Below, piece by piece: positions 58,191 to 64,000 of a DNA stretch of 64,000 bases. This DNA is from Vicugna vicugna (Eukaryota): assembly GCA_013265495.1 (NCBI GenBank), contig MU058584.1, forward strand, positions 2,389,599 through 2,453,598. The letters are read 5' to 3'. The notes under the pieces are model-generated. The model saw only the letters and a program-made list of their open reading frames with translations, made no database searches and was not told where the DNA came from. Numbering within the stretch: the first letter of the stretch is position 1; each line of letters begins with the position of its first letter. The translations under genes were made by a program, and so were the position numbers.

Positions 58191-58960
58191 ATATCCTGAC
58201 TGAAGCAGAATTACATTGAGAAAGACAAAGCGAAATTTAAACTTCTCTTTCTGTGGGCTTTACTCTCCTATGGGATTCCAAGAACAGCTCCTTGTACGGA
58301 GCCATCGCTGACTGGGCTGTATTGCACGATGCCATCTCAGCAGAGATTTTGAACTCAAAGCTAGTCAAGAGGTTTACTGACAAGGCAGAAACATGCTGAG
58401 GAGATGTACAGGCTTCTAAAGCTATATTGCATGCCGAGAACCAACAAGACACGGAGGACTGGCATTCCTTTGTTGGGAAAGGAAACTTGTTACAATTCTG
58501 AGGCCGATCCACTCATTGGCCTTAAGTAAATGAGGTGTGCTCCCGACAACTACCTAAGGGTGAGATTTTAACTAGGAAATCCTAATCTTCAGTGACATAT
58601 GTGATGAGGAAAAGCAATGAAACATCCTTCTGCTTGGTGATGGGTGAAGCCCTAAAGACTCAATCTGGTCTTGATGAACATCCAAGAATCTGGATGTGCA
58701 CACTCCGCTGAGGCAGGGGCTTCTGCCAATGACGCTGGTAGGGAAGTCTGTGGTTTCTCGCCATGTCAGATTTGTTCAGTTTGGGTATAAACAAATTCCG
58801 TAATTTCTATCCTAGGGTGTAAACAAGCAGGTTTCTCTCTTGTATCCAGATGCCATTACTATCGTTGAAACTAGTTGTGTATCTAATTAAAAACAAAATT
58901 TTATTTAAACTTCAGTTTTCTCTATGTTATGGCATTCCATATTATTTAAAGTAGCTCCTT

Positions 58961-59432
58961 CTTAGCCATAAAAAAGAATAAAATAATGCCTTTTGCAGCC
59001 ACATGGATGGACCTAGAGATCATCATTCTAAGTGAAGTAAGCCAGAAGGTGAGAGAAAAATACCGTGTGATGTCACTCATATGTGGAATCTAAAAAAAAA
59101 GGGAAAAAAGAGGACACTAATGAACTCATCTACAAAACAGAAACAGACTCACAGACATAGTAAACAATCTTATGGTTACCTGGGGAAAGGGGTTGGGAAG
59201 GGATAAATTAGGGAGTTTTGAGATTTGCAACTGTTAGCTACTATATATAAAAACAGATTAAAATTTTTTCTTGTGTATAGCACAGGGAACTATATTCAAT
59301 ATCTTGTAATAGCCTTTAATGAAAAAGAATATGAAAACCAATATATGTATGTATATGCATGACTGGGACATTGTGCTGTACACCAGAAATTGACACATTG
59401 TAACTGACTGTACTTCAATTAAAAAAATAAAA
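58961..59432 (+). mobile_element. 5'-truncated lineage-specific L1 3' end
   Basis: CTTAGCCATAAAAAAGAATAAAATAATGCC..GGACCTAGAGATCATCATTCTAAGTGAAGTAAGCCAG..GTAACTGACTGTACTTCAATTAAAAAAA. Degenerate TSD AAAGTAGCTCCTT / AAAATAATTCCCT. Confidence 0.96.
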
Positions 59433-59499
59433 TAATTCCCTTTGGCTTTGTGAAATAAAAAATAATAAAATTCAGGTTTCAAACAAGATAAAGTTCTTA

Positions 59500-60450
59500 A
59501 AAATAATTATTATGAAAACTTTCAATTCTATGCACAGAATAATGTAATAAACTCTATTGTATGCAGCATCCAACTTGAACATCGATCAGCTCATAGCAAA
59601 TCTTATTTTACCTGCTATACACGTGCTCACTGCCCCAGTATCATATTCTTTTGAAGCAAGTTCCAGACATCATATTATTTCATCCATAAATATTTGTGTA
59701 TAGAATTCTTAGAATAAGATATGTGAAGTTAAATGAACACAATGTAATATTTTCATAGCTAAAATATTTATGATAATTGCTTAATACCCCCTAAAAACTA
59801 GCATTCCAACTTTCAATTTTATATCAATTGTATCAATTTTTTACATTTTGTTTAAATCAAGATCCAAATAAGGTGTATACATTGCAATTAGTTGAAATGC
59901 CTCAGGTTTCTTTTAATTTATGAATTCGCTTGATTTATTTTTTTTCCTTGTAATTTATTTGATGAAGAATCTGGGTGGCTCATCCTGCAGGGCTTCCCAG
60001 AGACTGGATTTTGCCTATTGCACCACCATGGTGTCCTTGAACATGTTCTCCTGTCCTCCGTTCACTTGTTGCTTATGTAGGTTCAGTTTTCTTGGCAAGA
60101 CTACTTCAGTGGTGATATTGTGTTCTAACATCAGGCAGGACATAATGCCTGACTCTCACTTTTTGGTAATCTTAGCAGCCATTGATTATCTATGCCCAGA
60201 TCCATTCACCTAAATTAGGGATTAGAAAATGGTAAATTCAAATTCTATTATTCCTCTGTCACTTTGTTTCAGTTGGAGTATATCTACAAGAGAAATTCCT
60301 CTTCATCTATATTTGGATACCCAGTGTTACAGTTCCTATAGGAAAGGAAGGGCAAAGTGCTGATTTTATTCCCTTTATTTCTTTCCCCTTTATTTACTAG
60401 TTTTCAAAATAGTGAGTGGCTCGCAAGATTTCTCCAAGGGTGATCAATTC
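59500..60450 (-). mobile_element. Old L1MC4/5-type 3'UTR
   Basis: TTTGAAGCAAGTTCCAGACATCATATTATTTCATCCATAAATATTT and AATCAAGATCCAAATAAGGTG..CATTGCAATTAGTTGA. Confidence 0.8.
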
Positions 60451-60454
60451 GTTT

Positions 60455-61800
60455 TTCAAAACAGCTTTATGGAATCCTAGTCAACATACAATAAACTGCA
60501 CTATTTCAAATGGCAATTGCTAAGTTTTGAAATTTATAGACACATGTGAAACACCAGTACAATCACCATAATGAACGTATCCATCACCCCCAAAGTTTCC
60601 TTATGCCCCTCAGCAATCCCTTGTTCCCACCCCGCCACACCCACCCCTGACTCCCCGGACAACTACTGATCTTTTCTGTCGTTATTGATTAATTTGCATT
60701 TTCTAGAAATTCATATAAATGTAATTATACATTATGTTTTTTTATCTCTCTCTTTTTTTGAAGGATGGGGGCTAGAGGGTCTGGCTTCTTTCACTCAGCA
60801 TGGTTGTCTTGAGATTCATCTATATTATCGCATGTGTCAATAGTTCATGACTGTTTCTTTCTGTGTAGCATCCCATTCTATAGATCTGTGGGCTTACGGC
60901 TTTCATCAAATTTGGGAAATGTTTAGCTATTGTCTTTAAACTTTTTTTTTCCTGACCGTTGCTTTCTCTTTCTCCAACTGCCTGCTTATTAGGTTGCTTG
61001 AAGTTGTCACATGACACTCTTCTTCTTGAAAAAAAGATTTTTTTCCATCAATGTTTTATTTTGCATAGTTTCTATTCCTGTGTCATCTAATCTACCATAA
61101 ATCCTACCTAGTGTATTTTACACGTCAAAGTTGTTTTCATGTCTAGAAGTTGGGCTTGGCATGTATATATCTGAGGTATGTAAATTCTGTGTCTCTACTC
61201 AACGTGTTTAGTTTTTTCTCTAGGTTCTCGAATATATGGAATACAGTTATAATTACTTTTTTTAATATCCTTGTCTACTCATGCTGTCATCGGTGTTATT
61301 CTGAGTCAGTTTCTACTAGTTGATTTTTCTCCTTATTGTGGTAGTCGTTTCCCATTTCTTTGCATGTCTTGTAAGTTTTGCTTGACTGTCAGACATGAAT
61401 TTTTTCTTGTTGGATACTAGATATTTTCAAATTCCTTTAGGCACCCTTGAGCATTGTTTTAAGATTCTGTTTCAGTTGCTTGGGAAAAATTTGCTTTTAG
61501 TCTGGTTCCCTATGTCTGTAATTTAATTAGTCAGAACAACAGCCTAAGCTTTTTTGCATAATGTTAATTTTCTCCACTACTGAGGCAAAATCCTTTGAGT
61601 AATCTACCCAATACCCTGTGAATTGTGAGGTTTTTCCACCCTGGCTGCTGGGAACAGACATAATTCCCAGCCCTGTGTGAGCACCAGGGATCATTTCCTC
61701 TAATCCTTTTGAGGAGTTCTTCTTCTAACCTCAAATAGCTTCCTCCCAACACATGTGCTGATTAGTATACAGCTAAGTACACCAGGGGTGTTTCCGCTCA
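60455..61800 (-). mobile_element. Old L1M pieces: a 3' end (60455-60885) joined to an upstream ORF1/5'-region fragment (60885-61800)
   Basis: ACAGCTTTAT..CATACAATAAACTGCAC..TCCATCACCCCCAAAGTTTCC, then CTTTCATCAAATTTGGGAAATGTTTAGCTATT..ACTACTGAGGCAAAATCCTTT..CCCAGCCCTGTGTGAGC. Confidence 0.75.
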
Positions 61801-61839
61801 AGTATTCAGGAAGTATATGCTTGGGAATAGAAAGCATAA

Positions 61840-62450
61840 ATCAAGTTACATTTTGAATATTTAATATTTAAGTTATGTGAGAGATCTTCAAGTGGAGATG
61901 CTAAATAGAGAGTTGGAGAGTCTGGAGCTCAGAGGAGTTATCTGGGCTAAAGAGATACATTTGCAAACCACAATCATAAAATCGTGTTATTGCAACCATG
62001 TGAAAGTGTGGGATTGTCTAGAAAGAGAATGACGAGAAGAGAGCCTGGGACCGAGCCCTGTGGAATCCTAAATTTTCTGAATGAAGGAGGAAGTCATAAA
62101 AGGAGACTGAGAAAGAGCAGCCAGTAAAGTAGGAGACAACCCAAGAGAGAAAGATGTCATGACATTCACCAGACTAACATGCTTCAAGAAGGAGGGTGTT
62201 GTTGAATGGCTCAAATGTTCCTGAGCATTTAAGGTGAGAACAAAGGACATTCCACTAGACTTAGTAACTGGGGTCATCACCAGCAATCTTGACAAGAACA
62301 GTTTAGGCAGAGAATGTGGGCAAAACACATGTTATAATGGTTTGGAGAATGGAGAGCTGAGGAAGAAGACACAGCACATTTATTCAACTCTTCTAAGAGG
62401 GATGGCTCTGAAGAGAAGAAAAATAAAACCATAAAGAGGACTGTGGGGAT
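61840..62450 (-). mobile_element. L2 LINE
   Basis: CAAGTGGAGATGCTAAATAG..GTCTGGAGCTCAGAGGAG..GGGCTAAAGAGATACATTTG..GAGCCCTGTGGAA..GGAGACTGAGAAAGAGCAGCCAG. Confidence 0.85.
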
Positions 62451-62839
62451 CAAGAGCGGCCTCTGGCTCAGAAATACGAAGCATCTTCCTATCTCATCTT
62501 GAAGGAAATCTGTTTAAAATTTCTTTAGAAATGGAAGTGAAATTTATCAATCTAGCCCCTGTGACTTTTAGTCAGAAAACATTCCTCCAAAACTTTGTCC
62601 TTGGGTGGTCTCATCAGTTTTTGTTTTTGGTGAGTTCACAGCTCTTTCATGGAACATTGTAATCCGAAGGCATCAGGGCTGTGAGCCAGATGGCGTCTGC
62701 AGGCGGTGTCCCTGCAAAAACAGCTCAACCAGTCCTCCTGTCTCAGTCTTGACCCATCAAGCCATTCACCCTACTGCATGGTCTACAAAATACACTCAAG
62801 CACCTTGTCAGGACACACAGGGTCTTCCCTGTGGGCCTC

Positions 62840-63250
62840 CTATCCCTCCGGACTCAGTTTACACAATGCTCCCCACCTTACACTTCTCACCCTTCACTGC
62901 TGCTAATTCCTCAGACACACACCAGGCTGTTCTATGTTCTGACGTCACCACATCTTATGTTCACTTACTTCTCTTTATCTGCCTAACTCTTACCTATCTT
63001 TCGAGACACCTCACAGGCATCTTTTTTCTCCAAAATCTATTTTCTCCTGTAGTCTTTCAAACAACTCCAGATTTACGTCTATCACCACACATCACATTAT
63101 ACTGATTCTTTTTAAAGACAGGGAGGGGTCTGTTTTCTTCATTAGACTATAAGTCTCCCAAGAGTGAAAACTAGGTCTCATTTTTCTCTGTACCCCAGCC
63201 TTCAGCTCAGTGGTACCGAGCGCAGAGTAGGAGGTTAGTAAGTTAAGTGC
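62840..63250 (+). mobile_element. Degenerate L2 3' region
   Basis: ATTAGACTATAAGTCTCC..TAGGTCTCATTTTTCTCTGTACCCCAGC..GCGCAGAGTAGG. Confidence 0.6.
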
Positions 63251-63709
63251 ATGGAAAGCTGAGAGACCAGGACAAAGGTTTCAGTGGGAAGTAAAAGTTG
63301 ACAGAAGCAACCCAGGACCAACGTCTTGAATAGGATTAGAATCTTGGCCTCCTCCTACTCCTTGGAGCAATGGCTCAAAGGAACAGCTTACGTAATACAA
63401 ACTCAGTCTGTATCAGCAAGTTGGAACCAGTTAATGAAGAACTTCAAAAAGCCAGGCAAAATAATTGCAATTGGAAAACAATTTGACTGTACAAGTTTGA
63501 AGTAGGAAACACAGAAAAGAAATGATTGTTCAACAACAAAACAAATGAGAGCTGGGAAAAGTCAAATGGCATTAACCACTTCTAACAAAATAGGATGAAT
63601 GTTCTCTTCTGACAAGCAGGACTTCAGAGAGCCAGCCTTAGTTTCAAAACCTAGTGCTTTGTCTTGTTCAGTTTTTCCTCTGAACTTATGACCATGTCAA
63701 GCCACAAAA

Positions 63710-63945
63710 GCATCACAGGGATGTGGCTTAAGAGTCTGGATTCAGGAGTCAAACTTCTTGGGTTTGTATACTGGCTCTGCTGTTTACTGACTGTGACTTT
63801 AGGTCAATTACTTTGTGCCTCAGTTTCCTCATCTATAAATACTAATCACATATACCTCATAGGATTGCTATGAGAATTAAATGAGGTTTCCTGAGTATGA
63901 ATCACTTAGAACCGTGTCTGCCATGCTCAATACCATAAATGTTTT
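63710..63945 (+). mobile_element. MIR SINE
   Basis: CTGGCTCTGCTGTTTACTGACTGTGACTTTAGG..TGTGCCTCAGTTTCCTCATCTATAAA..ACCTCATAGGATTGCTATGAGAATTAAATGAG. Confidence 0.9.
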
Positions 63946-64000
63946 TTAATTAAAAATTAATATCTAAAATACTAGGTCTCCTAGTCTCAAATAGGCAATG

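Noticed and set aside
1..64000. CRISPR array, operon, defence island or other novel multi-gene system
   Set aside because: The sequence is mammalian, repeat-rich and non-coding. No regularly spaced repeat-spacer array or gene cluster is visible.

Overview
Mammalian non-coding DNA, most likely camelid (alpaca, llama or camel). The species call rests on a tRNA-Ala(AGC)-derived SINE of the Vic-1 type and several related, relatively young L1 3' ends. I found no protein-coding gene, processed pseudogene, functional RNA gene or prokaryotic-type system. The ORFs I could explain come from L1 ORF2, ERVL gag/pol, LTRs or microsatellites; the rest look like chance frames. The window is intergenic or deep intronic and rich in ancient repeats (MIR, L2, CR1/L3, old L1M, MER5/MER20, MLT1, ERVL LTRs and one internally deleted ERVL provirus relic). 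Repeat-free islands between them carry transcription-factor motif clusters. Best-supported points of interest: (1) an L1 3' transduction bracketed by a 17-bp target-site duplication (TSD) inside a MIR (49808-50416); (2) a CRE + ATF4/C/EBP + STAT + AP-1 + EBF motif cluster (35595-36220); (3) a CpG-island-like segment built from GC-shifted MER20/MIR copies (27780-28900); (4) a posterior-HOX/CDX motif cluster with a perfect 16-bp palindrome (41759-42194); (5) a well-formed 42-nt candidate exon (51175-51216). Repeat families were assigned by eye from recalled consensus sequences. Boundaries of old repeats are approximate, and all regulatory calls are untested inferences.
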